This document shows, piece by piece, positions 9,893 through 18,974 of a stretch of 33,843 nt of DNA. Origin of the DNA: Chitinophagales bacterium (GTDB taxonomy: Bacteria > Bacteroidota > Bacteroidia > Chitinophagales > Chitinophagaceae); assembly GCA_038216775.1 (NCBI GenBank), contig JBBQPX010000001.1, positions 1 through 33,843 of the forward strand, read 5' to 3'. Numbering within the stretch: position 1 is the first letter of the stretch; the number at the start of each line of letters is the position of its first letter. The translations under genes and the position numbers were made by a program. The notes under the pieces were generated by a model. It was not told the origin of the DNA. It saw only the letters and a list, made by a program, of their open reading frames with translations, and made no database searches.

Positions 9893-10474
9893 TTAAATGG
9901 ATTTAATGCCGATGAAATCTGACACAATGCCCGCTGCTTCAGCACATGCCCTTTCTAACTGGTCATTTATAATAAGTTTATTAAACTGGTCTTTAAACGA
10001 AAGTTCATATGCTGCTTTATTAACCCTTGCTGCCAGCGATTCTGCCGTTTCGGTACCGCGACTTTCCAGTCGTTTTTTTAATTCATCTACTGACGGTGCC
10101 TGTATAAAAAGACTTAGTGACGTTTCAGGGTATTGCTGCTGCACATGAATGGCGCCTTTTACATCAATATCCAGTACCGGAATTTTATTTTGTTGCCAGA
10201 TTCTTTCCATTTCTGATTTAAGCGTTCCGTAATATTTTCCTTCGTACACCATTTCCCACTCAACAAATTCTTCATGCTGAATTTTATATTTAAAATCTTC
10301 GGTACTTATAAAATGATAATCAACACCATCTTTTTCAGTTCCTCTTGGGCTGCGTGTAGCTGCAGAAACAGAAAAAGCAAGTTGCGGAAAAGTTTTCATC
10401 AAGTGTTTGGTGATGGAAGTTTTGCCAGCACCTGATGGAGCTGTAATAATAATGAGTTTATTGAGATGTTCCAT
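9893..10474 (-). CDS. gmk: Guanylate kinase
   Basis: APSGAGKTS P-loop, SVSAATRSPR, DGVDYHF, YYGT and LDIDVKGA. ATG at 10474. Confidence 0.97.
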   Translation of the reverse strand: MEHLNKLIIITAPSGAGKTSITKHLMKTFPQLAFSVSAATRSPRGTEKDGVDYHFISTEDFKYKIQHEEFVEWEMVYEGKYYGTLKSEMERIWQQNKIPVLDIDVKGAIHVQQQYPETSLSLFIQAPSVDELKKRLESRGTETAESLAARVNKAAYELSFKDQFNKLIINDQLERACAEAAGIVSDFIGIKSI

Positions 10475-10499
10475 GCGCAAAGAAACTACTTTTTTTGTA

Positions 10500-10523
10500 C
10501 CCCTATCCCCTAAAGGGGGACTT
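10500..10523 (+). repeat. REP-like palindrome, copy 2
   Basis: CCCCTATCCCCTAAAGGGGGACTT, an exact 24-bp match to copy 1. Confidence 0.8.
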
Positions 10524-10573
10524 TATCAATAAAATATTTGCAATACTTAAATATAATTTGCAAGAGAACAGAT

Positions 10574-10999
10574 TTAGAATACACTTTGGAAATGGAGAAT
10601 AACATTTGAGTTATCTGCGTTACCAATAAGCGTAAGCTCGTTTTCAGTTATCGATTTAATAATATACCGGTTTGTAACGTTTGCTGATTTTGGGGTGCAA
10701 ATCATTATTTTATCATCTTCCAGTAATTCGTATTTGCCTTCTACAGTAACTCGGCCGTTTATGGAACATTCGTAGCGCATGTTGTTTTTAAACGTCCAGC
10801 TTAATGATTGCAGCAGCGTTTTTAGTTGGTCTGCATCTACGGAATCTTTTTTGGAGAGAAATTTTTGGTCTGGAGGCACAATATTATCTACCTGAACACA
10901 ATCCCATTTTTTGGTGAGAAGTACAACGGTTTTATTACGGCAGGATATAATTATAACTGCAGTTACCAATACCAGCGAAATAAACTTTAATACTTTCAT
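10574..10999 (-). CDS. Hypothetical lipoprotein, possibly lipocalin-like
   Basis: MKVLK + hydrophobic stretch + IISC lipobox; LLTKKW and IKSITENELTL resemble Bacteroidota lipocalin-like domains. Confidence 0.65.
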   Translation of the reverse strand: MKVLKFISLVLVTAVIIISCRNKTVVLLTKKWDCVQVDNIVPPDQKFLSKKDSVDADQLKTLLQSLSWTFKNNMRYECSINGRVTVEGKYELLEDDKIMICTPKSANVTNRYIIKSITENELTLIGNADNSNVILHFQSVF

Positions 11000-11009
11000 G
11001 AAAGAAAAA

Positions 11010-12320
11010 TTACGCACCCACTCTTTTTATATCGGCACCTAAAGCCAGCAGCCTTGCATCAATATTTTGGTAGCCTCTATCAATCTGTTCAATATTCTGA
11101 ATAGTGCTTTTACCCTGTGCACTTAATGCAGCAATCAGCAGGGCAACACCCGCACGTATATCCGGACTGCTCATGATTATACCACGTAATTGCTGTTCTC
11201 TTTCCAAACCAATAACTACGGCACGGTGTGGGTCGCAAAGAATGATTTGTGCGCCCATATCTATCAGCTTATCTACAAAAAACAAACGGCTTTCAAACAT
11301 TTTTTGATGGATGAGTACGCTGCCTTTTGCCTGTATAGCTGTTACCAAAACGATACTTAAAAGATCCGGCGTAAAGCCCGGCCAAGGATGGTCGTAAACG
11401 GTAAGCACACCGCCATCCATGTACTTTTGAATTTCATATAATTCCTGCGAAGGAATATGGATATCATCGCCCTTAAACTCCATTTGAATACCGAGTTGCT
11501 GAAACCTTTCGGGAATAACGCCGAGGTGTTCTATACCTGCATTTTTTATGGTGATATCGCTTTGCGTCATCGCTGCAAGGCCTATAAAAGAACCTACTTC
11601 AATCATATCCGGCAACATCTGATGTTCTGTTCCACCCAAAGTATCAACACCAATTATAGTTAACATATTACTGCCAACTCCGCTAATTTTTGCGCCCATG
11701 CGGATAAGCATTTTACAAAGCTGCTGCAGATATGGTTCGCAGGCTGCATTGTAAATAGTAGTTGTGCCTGCCGCCATAGATGCTGCCATTAAAATATTGG
11801 CTGTACCAGTTACGCTTGGCTCATCTAGTAAAATATTTGCGCCTTTTAAACCTGTTGTATGTAAATGAAAAAAGCCATCCTCACTATCATAATTAAATTG
11901 TGCTCCCAGTTTTTCAAAACCGATAATGTGTGTATCTAATCGTCGTCTGCCAATTTTATCGCCGCCAGGTTTTGGTATGTATGCTTTTTTAAAACGTGCC
12001 AATAAAGGACCAGCAAGCATTACAGAGCCACGAAGTTTGCCACTTTTTTTATGAAAGTCCGTGCTGTGCAGGTAATCAACATCTACATCATCAGCCTGAA
12101 AAACGCAGGTGTCACGGCTTTGCCGGTCAACTTTAACCTTCATTTCACCCAATAATTCAATCAGCAGATTTACATCTACAATATCAGGAATGTTGGTAAT
12201 TGTTATTTTTTCAGCGCTTAACAATACCGCTGAAATTATCTGTAGCGCTTCGTTTTTAGCACCTTGTGGAGTTATTTCTCCTGAAAGTTTTTTTCCACCT
12301 CTTACTTCAAATGATTGCAT
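11010..12320 (-). CDS. murA: UDP-N-acetylglucosamine 1-carboxyvinyltransferase
   Basis: GAKN, LRGS, PGGDKIGRR, SVTGT, PGFTPD, FESR, DIRAG and IDRGY motifs. Confidence 0.97.
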   Translation of the reverse strand: MQSFEVRGGKKLSGEITPQGAKNEALQIISAVLLSAEKITITNIPDIVDVNLLIELLGEMKVKVDRQSRDTCVFQADDVDVDYLHSTDFHKKSGKLRGSVMLAGPLLARFKKAYIPKPGGDKIGRRRLDTHIIGFEKLGAQFNYDSEDGFFHLHTTGLKGANILLDEPSVTGTANILMAASMAAGTTTIYNAACEPYLQQLCKMLIRMGAKISGVGSNMLTIIGVDTLGGTEHQMLPDMIEVGSFIGLAAMTQSDITIKNAGIEHLGVIPERFQQLGIQMEFKGDDIHIPSQELYEIQKYMDGGVLTVYDHPWPGFTPDLLSIVLVTAIQAKGSVLIHQKMFESRLFFVDKLIDMGAQIILCDPHRAVVIGLEREQQLRGIIMSSPDIRAGVALLIAALSAQGKSTIQNIEQIDRGYQNIDARLLALGADIKRVGA

Positions 12321-12353
12321 GCTGAATTTTTAAACAAATTAAAGCAAACGTAA

Positions 12354-12381
12354 ATAAAAAAACTCCGGTATAATCGGAGTT
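12354..12381 (-). terminator. Putative intrinsic terminator after the DUF4290 gene
   Basis: Minus-strand AACTCCG-attatac-CGGAGTT followed by a T tract. Confidence 0.6.
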
Positions 12382-12403
12382 CTCAAATATTGTTCTTCTA
12401 CTT

Positions 12404-12435
12404 TTCCCTCCCCATCGGGGAGGATAGGAGGGGCT
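12404..12435 (-). repeat. REP-like palindrome, divergent copy
   Basis: Minus-strand AGCCCCTCCTATCCTCCCCGATGGGGAGGGAA: C-rich leader plus a CCTCCCC/GGGGAGG hairpin immediately after the stop codon. Confidence 0.6.
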
Positions 12436-12436
12436 T

Positions 12437-13237
12437 TTAATATCTCTTCTTAAAATTACGGTTGTTATTGTTTCTGTTATCACCACCACTGTTGCCACTT
12501 CTGCTGTCCGCGTTATTTCCGTTTCTGTTTCCGCCCCTGTTATTATTATTGTTGTTTCTGTTATCGCCACTTCTGCCTCCGCCACTGCCGCCAGAGTTGC
12601 TTCTTGCACCATAATTTTTACGATAGTTGCTGCCGCCACCGCTACGTTTTCCATAGTCATCTCTGTCGTCACGGGTATCAACCCTGTGTTTTACAAACGG
12701 ACGGTTATTAAACTCCAGCTCTCCTTTGGTCATAGCAGATAATTCACTTTGGATATTATCATCATGCACCAACTCCTTATGCCAGTTACTGTAAGTAAGC
12801 TTCATATAATAAGCCACTGCGTTTGCAAAGCCTTGTTTCTTTTCAGGATTTTCTTCCTTAAGCGCTTTATCAATAACCACTTCAATGTTTTTTCCAAGAT
12901 GGTTAAACTTTGGATAGCGCTTAGGATAATTCAAACGTTCAGGCTTTGCCTTTAATGTTTCTCTTGTAGGGATTGGATAAGGGCTTTCCACATCAAGTTT
13001 AAAATCGCTTATTAAAAAAAGATGGTCCCATAATTTATGGCGAAAATCTTCAACGTTTTTTAAATGTGGGTTTAAAAATCCCATAAGCTCAATTACAGCG
13101 TACGCATTGCGCTGTCTTTCTTCTTTATCTTCAAGACTAAGCAGGTATTCAACCATTTTCTGAATATGGCGTCCATATTCTCTCATGACTAAAAAATTCC
13201 TGGTAGTATTGTACTCCATATTTTCTATGTTCAGCAT
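12437..13237 (-). CDS. DUF4290 domain protein with an N/R/G-rich tail
   Basis: EYNT...EYGRHIQKMV and HKLWDHLFLISDFKLDVESPYP. Commonly found upstream of murA in Bacteroidota. Confidence 0.88.
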   Translation of the reverse strand: MLNIENMEYNTTRNFLVMREYGRHIQKMVEYLLSLEDKEERQRNAYAVIELMGFLNPHLKNVEDFRHKLWDHLFLISDFKLDVESPYPIPTRETLKAKPERLNYPKRYPKFNHLGKNIEVVIDKALKEENPEKKQGFANAVAYYMKLTYSNWHKELVHDDNIQSELSAMTKGELEFNNRPFVKHRVDTRDDRDDYGKRSGGGSNYRKNYGARSNSGGSGGGRSGDNRNNNNNNRGGNRNGNNADSRSGNSGGDNRNNNNRNFKKRY

Positions 13238-13241
13238 AATA

Positions 13242-13249
13242 CAAATGTA
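13242..13249 (-). promoter_or_regulatory. -7 promoter element for the DUF4290 gene
   Basis: Minus-strand TACATTTG-TATT-ATG. Confidence 0.6.
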
Positions 13250-13311
13250 AGCTAAACCTGCCCATTTTTCAAGCTGAAAAACAAAACAGGCCTGTTTATA
13301 GCCATTTTTAA

Positions 13312-13719
13312 CTAATTAAGATATTTCATTCTGCACCACGTGTAGGCAAGTATCACTCCAAAACTATCTGCCGCCCAATCTAATAAATCAAAAGCACGGT
13401 CTGGTATAAAAAACCTTTGGATAAACTCGGTGGTTATTCCCCAAACAATCGCCGCACTAGCGATTTTAATTGCTTTGTTCTTTTTTACTTTTTGAGTTAA
13501 ATCTGCTTTAACAAACGGATAAATAAACAGAAAAGTTAATACGGAGAAAAGCCCTGCGTGTACCCATTTGTCAAAATAAATAGCGTTAAGCCATGTTTCT
13601 GGCGTGGGGATGTCTGAACCTGGTAAACAGAGCAATATTAAAACAAGTAGAAACCAAGCAATGCCAGGTATAAACTTTTTTATAGCTGGTTGTGCAAATT
13701 CTGTTTCAGTGTTGTTCAT
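13312..13719 (-). CDS. VanZ family membrane protein
   Basis: DKWVH, TEFIQ...PDR...D..AD..G motifs. Next to gcvH, as is typical in the phylum. Confidence 0.88.
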   Translation of the reverse strand: MNNTETEFAQPAIKKFIPGIAWFLLVLILLCLPGSDIPTPETWLNAIYFDKWVHAGLFSVLTFLFIYPFVKADLTQKVKKNKAIKIASAAIVWGITTEFIQRFFIPDRAFDLLDWAADSFGVILAYTWCRMKYLN

Positions 13720-13732
13720 AACGGATTACCTA

Positions 13733-14110
13733 CTATCCTACCGATGCTGAATAAGCTTCTGAAGTCATCAGTCCTTCATAATCTGCAACGTTATCTAAGG
13801 TCATTTTTACCATCCAGCCATCGCCGTACGGGTCGCTGTTTACCAACTCCGGCTGAGTATCAAGCAATGGATTAATTTCAGTGATGGTTCCTGAAACAGG
13901 TAAAAAAAGGTCGCTCACTGTTTTAACTGCTTCCACGCTGCCAAAGGTTTCTTCAGCACCAAGCGCCTTACCCTTTGCGGTAATATCAACATAAACAATA
14001 TCGCCAAGCTCACGTTGTGCAAAATCGGTAATACCAACTGTAGCAGTTGTACCATCTAATGAAACCCACTCGTGGTCTTTAGTGTAGCGTAAATTTTCAG
14101 GAAAATTCAT
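13733..14110 (-). CDS. gcvH: Glycine cleavage system H protein
   Basis: [23 protein letters not shown] (lipoyl-Lys) and NSDPYGDGW. Confidence 0.97.
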   Translation of the reverse strand: MNFPENLRYTKDHEWVSLDGTTATVGITDFAQRELGDIVYVDITAKGKALGAEETFGSVEAVKTVSDLFLPVSGTITEINPLLDTQPELVNSDPYGDGWMVKMTLDNVADYEGLMTSEAYSASVG

Positions 14111-14167
14111 TTTATGTAGTTTGATGTTAATTGAATAGTATGCAAAATAAGCAAATTAAGCTGATAC

Positions 14168-14926
14168 TTATTTAAGTACCTCAATATACATGTGCACATC
14201 CCCAAGTGGTCTATCGCCCATGGCTTTTGGTACTGAAGCAATTTTATCAATTACTTCAAGTCCGCTTTCAACTTCGCCAAATACCGTGTACTGCATATCC
14301 AGAAATGGTGTTCCTCCAATTGTTTTATACGCCTGCCTTTGTGCCGGAGTGTACTTAGCCCCTCTTTGCATTTCAATACCAGTTAGTTCTGCATCCGAAG
14401 CTGGTTTACCCTGTACAATGTAAAATTGGCATCCACTGCTAGCCCTTTCTGGATTATTTGTGCGGGCTGCTGCCAACGCTCCCTTTTTATGAATGAAAGT
14501 TGTATCAAACTCCGCAGGAATGGTGTAACCAACATCACCACTACCCAACATAGCACCTGGTTGTGCATTTTTACTTTGAGGGTCTCCGCCCTGAATCATA
14601 AAACCCTGTATAACCCGATGAAACAACAGGCTATCGAAAAAATGTTCATTAGCAAGTTTAATAAAATTATCCCGGTGGTTTGGAGTTTTGTCGTACAGGC
14701 GAATAACCATAACGCCAGAATCCGTAGTCACCTTTACCCTTGTACCCGGCACTCTAATCAGCTTTGGTGCATTGGCTACTGGTGTTACTTTTTTTACCAC
14801 CGGCTTTTTTACCGGAGCTTTTTGAGTTGTTGTCTTCTTTGTTGCAGGCTTTTTTACCTGAGCATCAGCATTAATTGCAAAAAAACTGAAAATGGCAAGC
14901 GTAAATAAAATTCTCATTTTGTTCAT
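14168..14926 (-). CDS. Exported cyclophilin-type peptidyl-prolyl isomerase
   Basis: Signal peptide, Lys/Pro-rich linker, FHRVIQGFMIQGGDP, QFYIV and YTVFGEV. Confidence 0.93.
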   Translation of the reverse strand: MNKMRILFTLAIFSFFAINADAQVKKPATKKTTTQKAPVKKPVVKKVTPVANAPKLIRVPGTRVKVTTDSGVMVIRLYDKTPNHRDNFIKLANEHFFDSLLFHRVIQGFMIQGGDPQSKNAQPGAMLGSGDVGYTIPAEFDTTFIHKKGALAAARTNNPERASSGCQFYIVQGKPASDAELTGIEMQRGAKYTPAQRQAYKTIGGTPFLDMQYTVFGEVESGLEVIDKIASVPKAMGDRPLGDVHMYIEVLK

Positions 14927-14935
14927 AAAAAATAA

Positions 14936-15289
14936 TTAATCAATAAATCCCTGGTTTTGAAAGTATAATAAAATGTGGTCTTTTAAAAAATTTTCCTGCT
15001 CAATCATTATGAAACCTGGCAATGGCTTTAATTGCTTAAAATGCGGCCATCCTTCTTCGTCATTTCCTTCTGCAAGGTAATAACCGCTTAAAGACAGCAC
15101 CGTACAAACAGCTATATGCATTAAATCCTGCTTTTCTTCCTTACTAAAATCCTGTTTTCCGCTACCCAGTTCCTGTATGCCAATTAAAAAAAGAACGCCA
15201 TCCATATCGGGCTTTATACCAAAGCGCTCCTTTAATTTAATACGTAACTTAAGCCACCGTACCTGTAAATCGTCTTTTACGTGTTGCAT
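14936..15289 (-). CDS. Conserved hypothetical protein
   Basis: LFLIGIQELG, KQDLMHIAVC and GWPHF resemble a conserved Bacteroidota family of unknown function. Confidence 0.75.
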   Translation of the reverse strand: MQHVKDDLQVRWLKLRIKLKERFGIKPDMDGVLFLIGIQELGSGKQDFSKEEKQDLMHIAVCTVLSLSGYYLAEGNDEEGWPHFKQLKPLPGFIMIEQENFLKDHILLYFQNQGFID

Positions 15290-15293
15290 GGCG

Positions 15294-15301
15294 CAAATAT
15301 A
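15294..15301 (-). promoter_or_regulatory. -7 promoter element
   Basis: Minus-strand TATATTTG-CGCC-ATG. Confidence 0.6.
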
Positions 15302-15365
15302 AATAATAGCGAACAGATTAACGCCGTAATGATTATGGAAGACTATGATTTAACAAAGGATGAAC

Positions 15366-15911
15366 TTATGGCTGAACTACCTGACCAGAAACGATTTTCT
15401 GCAGTTCGTTAGTATAAATAGCACCTCTTTTTTCAGCAAAAAAATCCAGACTGAATAAGATTGCTGTTTGTATAGCCAGTGTTACGCCAAAGCCAAACCA
15501 AAATGCTCTACCGGCATTCAGACGAAAAAGAAAAATTAGAACCAATGCTGTAATGAAAAGTGCAATTTCAGCCCATTTTAAAATTTCGAAACTTTTCATC
15601 ACTTTTTGCATGCGTGGCAGTTCAGCACTTTTCACAAAAGATACTGGTTCCATCCCGATTTTGTAGGCAATATCTGCTTTTTGTTTATCTGTTCGGGAAT
15701 ATACAGAATAGCCAACCACCATTTGTAACAGGCCAAGAACCATTAATGGAATAGCAGCACCTTTAAAAAATGAAGGATTGTTTTTTATAAAAAACCAAAA
15801 TATTATAGATAAAATGACAGCAATAATTCCCAAAATTAAAATCCAAAGTGTTGCTTGTTTTTCTGCAAGAAAGTATTTGTAAATAAAAGTGAAATCTCGC
15901 TGCTCAAACAT
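15366..15911 (-). CDS. Hypothetical membrane protein with about 4 TM segments
   Basis: Four hydrophobic segments; ELPRM and DFFAEKR motifs; operon-like spacing. Confidence 0.7.
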   Translation of the reverse strand: MFEQRDFTFIYKYFLAEKQATLWILILGIIAVILSIIFWFFIKNNPSFFKGAAIPLMVLGLLQMVVGYSVYSRTDKQKADIAYKIGMEPVSFVKSAELPRMQKVMKSFEILKWAEIALFITALVLIFLFRLNAGRAFWFGFGVTLAIQTAILFSLDFFAEKRGAIYTNELQKIVSGQVVQP

Positions 15912-15920
15912 AAAATGAAT

Positions 15921-16616
15921 TTAGTGATTTAATGCTTCCGCTACTTCTTTGCCAAGCGGCTCAACTGCCGAACCGAAATAGTTTGTAAGCCTCCCATCTT
16001 CATCCACAATATACTTACAAAAATTCCAGGATGGTTGCTCATTGTTCCAGCCGTTTTGTTTAGCATCACTAAGCCAGTTAAATATTTTATTCTGCTCCGC
16101 ACTGCGTATTACACTGCTTTTTTTCATTAAAGGAAAAGTTACACCGAAATTTATTTTGCAAAAAGAAGCAATGTCTTCGTCGCTGCCTTTTTCCTGCTCT
16201 TTAAAATCGTTTGCAGGAAACCCGATAACAACCAGTTTATCTTTATACTGTTCGCTTAACTTTTGAAGGTCGTCGTATTGATTGGTGTAACCACAATCGG
16301 ATGCTGTGTTTACCAACATCACTTTTTTTCCTTTTAAATGTGTAAAGTCAAATTCGGTCCCGGTGTTCAGTGAATCACTTAAGGTATAAAATGAAGTGTT
16401 GGGTGTGGCTTTTTCGTTGGTTAATTTTTTTGAACCACCGCCTGCTTTACCCGAAATCCACATCAATGCGGGATAAACTGTTTTTAATAATTTCTGTTTG
16501 AAAGTCATGTTTTTAAAATTTCTGTTTGAGATTTCTACGTACGCAAAAAAAGATACCGTTATTAATGATAATACAATTGAAATCCGTTTTAGTTTTCTGT
16601 ATTTTGTTCCTTGCAT
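15921..16616 (-). CDS. Cys-type glutathione peroxidase family protein with an N-terminal membrane anchor
   Basis: VNTASDCGYT, GFPANDF and WNFCKYIVD motifs. Confidence 0.92.
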   Translation of the reverse strand: MQGTKYRKLKRISIVLSLITVSFFAYVEISNRNFKNMTFKQKLLKTVYPALMWISGKAGGGSKKLTNEKATPNTSFYTLSDSLNTGTEFDFTHLKGKKVMLVNTASDCGYTNQYDDLQKLSEQYKDKLVVIGFPANDFKEQEKGSDEDIASFCKINFGVTFPLMKKSSVIRSAEQNKIFNWLSDAKQNGWNNEQPSWNFCKYIVDEDGRLTNYFGSAVEPLGKEVAEALNH

Positions 16617-16644
16617 TTTATTTCAGTAAGATACAAATTATACA

Positions 16645-18009
16645 CTACTTTACTATCCATTTAAATAGCTTCAGTTTTCCTTTATAGGGCGGATATTTTA
16701 TTGAAGGGTCGAACCAGGTAGGCGTTTTCATTATTGCTTTTTTGTGGCTAAAAGTATCAAAGGAATATTTACCGTGATATTGCCCGCTGCCGCTAAAGCC
16801 CCGACCGCCAAAAGGTAAATTGTGATTGGTTAAATGAAGCGCCGTATTGTTTATGCAACCGCCACCAAAAGGCACCGAAGCCAACCAGCTTTCTTCTTTT
16901 GTTTTACTGGATGTAAAAATATAGAAGGCTAAGGGGTTAGGGTTTTCAGCAATTATTGCTTTAGCTTCTTCATCTGTGTTAAAGCTGATGATGGGCAATA
17001 TCGGACCAAAAATTTCTTCCTTCATAATTGGCGAATCCATAGAAACATTTTCCATAACTGTTGGTTCAATAAAAAGTTTTTCCCTGTTAAAGTTTCCGCC
17101 GGAGATAATATCGCCCTGCTGTAAATAGATAGTTATTCTATCAAATTGTTTTTCATTTATTATTCTGCCATACTCGTAGCTTTCTGCAGCATTGCCTCCA
17201 TAAAAATCTTGCAAAACAGTTTTAAAAGCGCTAACAAATTCAGCTTTTTTTGATGCATGCACCAGCACATAATCTGGTGTTACGCACATCTGCCCGGCAT
17301 TGGAGAACTTTGCCAAAGCAATTCGTTTTGCTGCAATTTTAATATTTGCGTCAGCCTCCACAACACACGGGCTTTTACCACCGAGTTCCAGCGTAACCGG
17401 CACCAACCTTTCAGCAGCCATTTTATAAATAATTTTACCAACGGTTGTACTACCAGTATAAAAAACATGGTCAAAAGTAAAGTTGTTCATCATCTCCGGA
17501 ATAACCGTTGCACCATCTCCCTCTACAAAAAGAATATAATTTTCATCAAAATTCTCTTCAATTATTTGTTTCATAATTGTAGAAGTTGCAGGAGCAAATT
17601 CTGATGATTTAAGTACAACGCAATTACCTGCAGCCATAGCTCCCGCCAGCGGCGTTAACAACAGTTGAAAGGGATAATTCCACGGGCTGATGATTAAAGC
17701 AACGCCTAAAGCTTCCTGTAAAACATAACTTTTTGACGGCAGATTTTGAAGATTTGTTGAAACACTTTCCGGCTGCATCCAGTCTTTTAAGTGTTTCAGC
17801 GTATTTTTTATTTCAGATAAAAGAAATCCCGTTTCAGTAATCCAGCACTCTTCCGGACTCTTTTTTAAATCGGTATATAATGCATTGTGAATCCGGCTTT
17901 CATATTTTTTTACAGCATCCCGTAATTTTTGCAATTGCTCTTTTCTGAAAGCGTATGGTTTAGTAATGCCGCTATTAAAATAGCTACGCATGTTATTTAA
18001 GTTGTGCAT
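16645..18009 (-). CDS. Aldehyde dehydrogenase (family 3-like)
   Basis: PWNYP, LKSSE, TGS, LELGGKSP, AGQMC, EEIFGP and PFGG motifs. Confidence 0.95.
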   Translation of the reverse strand: MHNLNNMRSYFNSGITKPYAFRKEQLQKLRDAVKKYESRIHNALYTDLKKSPEECWITETGFLLSEIKNTLKHLKDWMQPESVSTNLQNLPSKSYVLQEALGVALIISPWNYPFQLLLTPLAGAMAAGNCVVLKSSEFAPATSTIMKQIIEENFDENYILFVEGDGATVIPEMMNNFTFDHVFYTGSTTVGKIIYKMAAERLVPVTLELGGKSPCVVEADANIKIAAKRIALAKFSNAGQMCVTPDYVLVHASKKAEFVSAFKTVLQDFYGGNAAESYEYGRIINEKQFDRITIYLQQGDIISGGNFNREKLFIEPTVMENVSMDSPIMKEEIFGPILPIISFNTDEEAKAIIAENPNPLAFYIFTSSKTKEESWLASVPFGGGCINNTALHLTNHNLPFGGRGFSGSGQYHGKYSFDTFSHKKAIMKTPTWFDPSIKYPPYKGKLKLFKWIVK

Positions 18010-18104
18010 TAAAGTTAATTTTGATGAAAGATAGCGTTTTGGTAATTATTATAAAACAATAGTTACTGCATTGAACAAGTTTTACAACTTACGAATTATT
18101 TTAC

Positions 18105-18542
18105 ATGACGGATGAACAATACATGCAGCAGGCCTTAACAGAGGCGCAAAAAGCATACGATGCAGCAGAAGTACCTGTTGGTGCTATTGTGGTGATGAAC
18201 AATCGTATTATCGCCCGTGCCCACAATCAGGTAGAGCTTTTGAACGACAGTACAGCTCATGCTGAAATTCTGGCGCTTACAACTGCTTATAATTTTTTAA
18301 GCAGTAAATATTTGCCGGATGCGACACTTTACGTTACTGTGGAGCCATGCCTGATGTGCAGTGGTGCCTTATACTGGGGCAAAATTGGTAGAATTGTTTT
18401 TGGCGCAGCCGATGATAAAAACGGCTACAGAAAAAGTTGCGGCAGCGCAAATCCTTTTCATCCAAAAACTGAATTGGTTGGCGGCATTTTAAAAGACGAA
18501 TGCGCTCAATTAATGAAAGATTTTTTTAAAGCACGCCGATGA
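18105..18542 (+). CDS. tadA: tRNA adenosine(34) deaminase-like nucleoside deaminase
   Basis: EVPVGA, HAE and EPCLMC zinc-binding motifs. Confidence 0.88.
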   Translation: MTDEQYMQQALTEAQKAYDAAEVPVGAIVVMNNRIIARAHNQVELLNDSTAHAEILALTTAYNFLSSKYLPDATLYVTVEPCLMCSGALYWGKIGRIVFGAADDKNGYRKSCGSANPFHPKTELVGGILKDECAQLMKDFFKARR

Positions 18543-18890
18543 TTATTGAATAATCAGTTTACTTTTTACTTTTATCTGCCCTTGTTTCAGCAATAAAAAG
18601 TACAACCCAGGCATTTCAGAAAACATGAATGTTATGGTTTCATTACCATTATACATAAGCCGTTTCTCATCTCTTACAATATTACCACTTTTATCCATCA
18701 GCAATACCTGCACATAACCGGCAGCAAATGCTTTAATATCAATCTCAATTTTATTCTTTGCAGGATTGGGATACAGCCTTATTGAAGGATTTTCTTTTAT
18801 TGAAATTGAATCCATTTTATCTGCCGGTTTTTGCGCAAAACCGGTACAAATTCCCAAAAACGTAAAAAAAAGGAATGCTATTTGCTTCAT
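18543..18890 (-). CDS. Small protein: signal peptide + T9SS type A C-terminal sorting domain only
   Basis: MKQIAF...GFA|Q signal peptide, LYPNPA, PGLYFL and terminal KLIIQ; 115 aa from the ATG at 18890. Confidence 0.8.
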   Translation of the reverse strand: MKQIAFLFFTFLGICTGFAQKPADKMDSISIKENPSIRLYPNPAKNKIEIDIKAFAAGYVQVLLMDKSGNIVRDEKRLMYNGNETITFMFSEMPGLYFLLLKQGQIKVKSKLIIQ

Positions 18891-18974
18891 TTGAAAAGGA
18901 AAAGAAAAATAGATAACGTAAATTCGTGTTACATCTTTCACAATAATTTCTTAAAACATAAAAACCTATACATT

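Noticed and set aside
4173-10523. Identical 24-bp repeats read as CRISPR repeats or as att/IS ends flanking a 6.3-kb element
   Set aside because: There is no regular spacer array, cas gene, integrase or transposase. The enclosed genes are housekeeping, and further variants lie outside the interval.
12307-12681. 124-aa alternative-frame ORF rich in T/A/E/I
   Set aside because: Shadow of the low-complexity DUF4290 tail; it runs through a REP and a terminator.
15921-16616. Selenocysteine recoding in the GPx
   Set aside because: The active site is an ordinary Cys in an uninterrupted frame.
18831-18974. 48-aa N-terminal extension on SOD in the ORF track
   Set aside because: It overlaps the divergent gene and promoter region; the canonical SOD start MAFTLP is at 18975.
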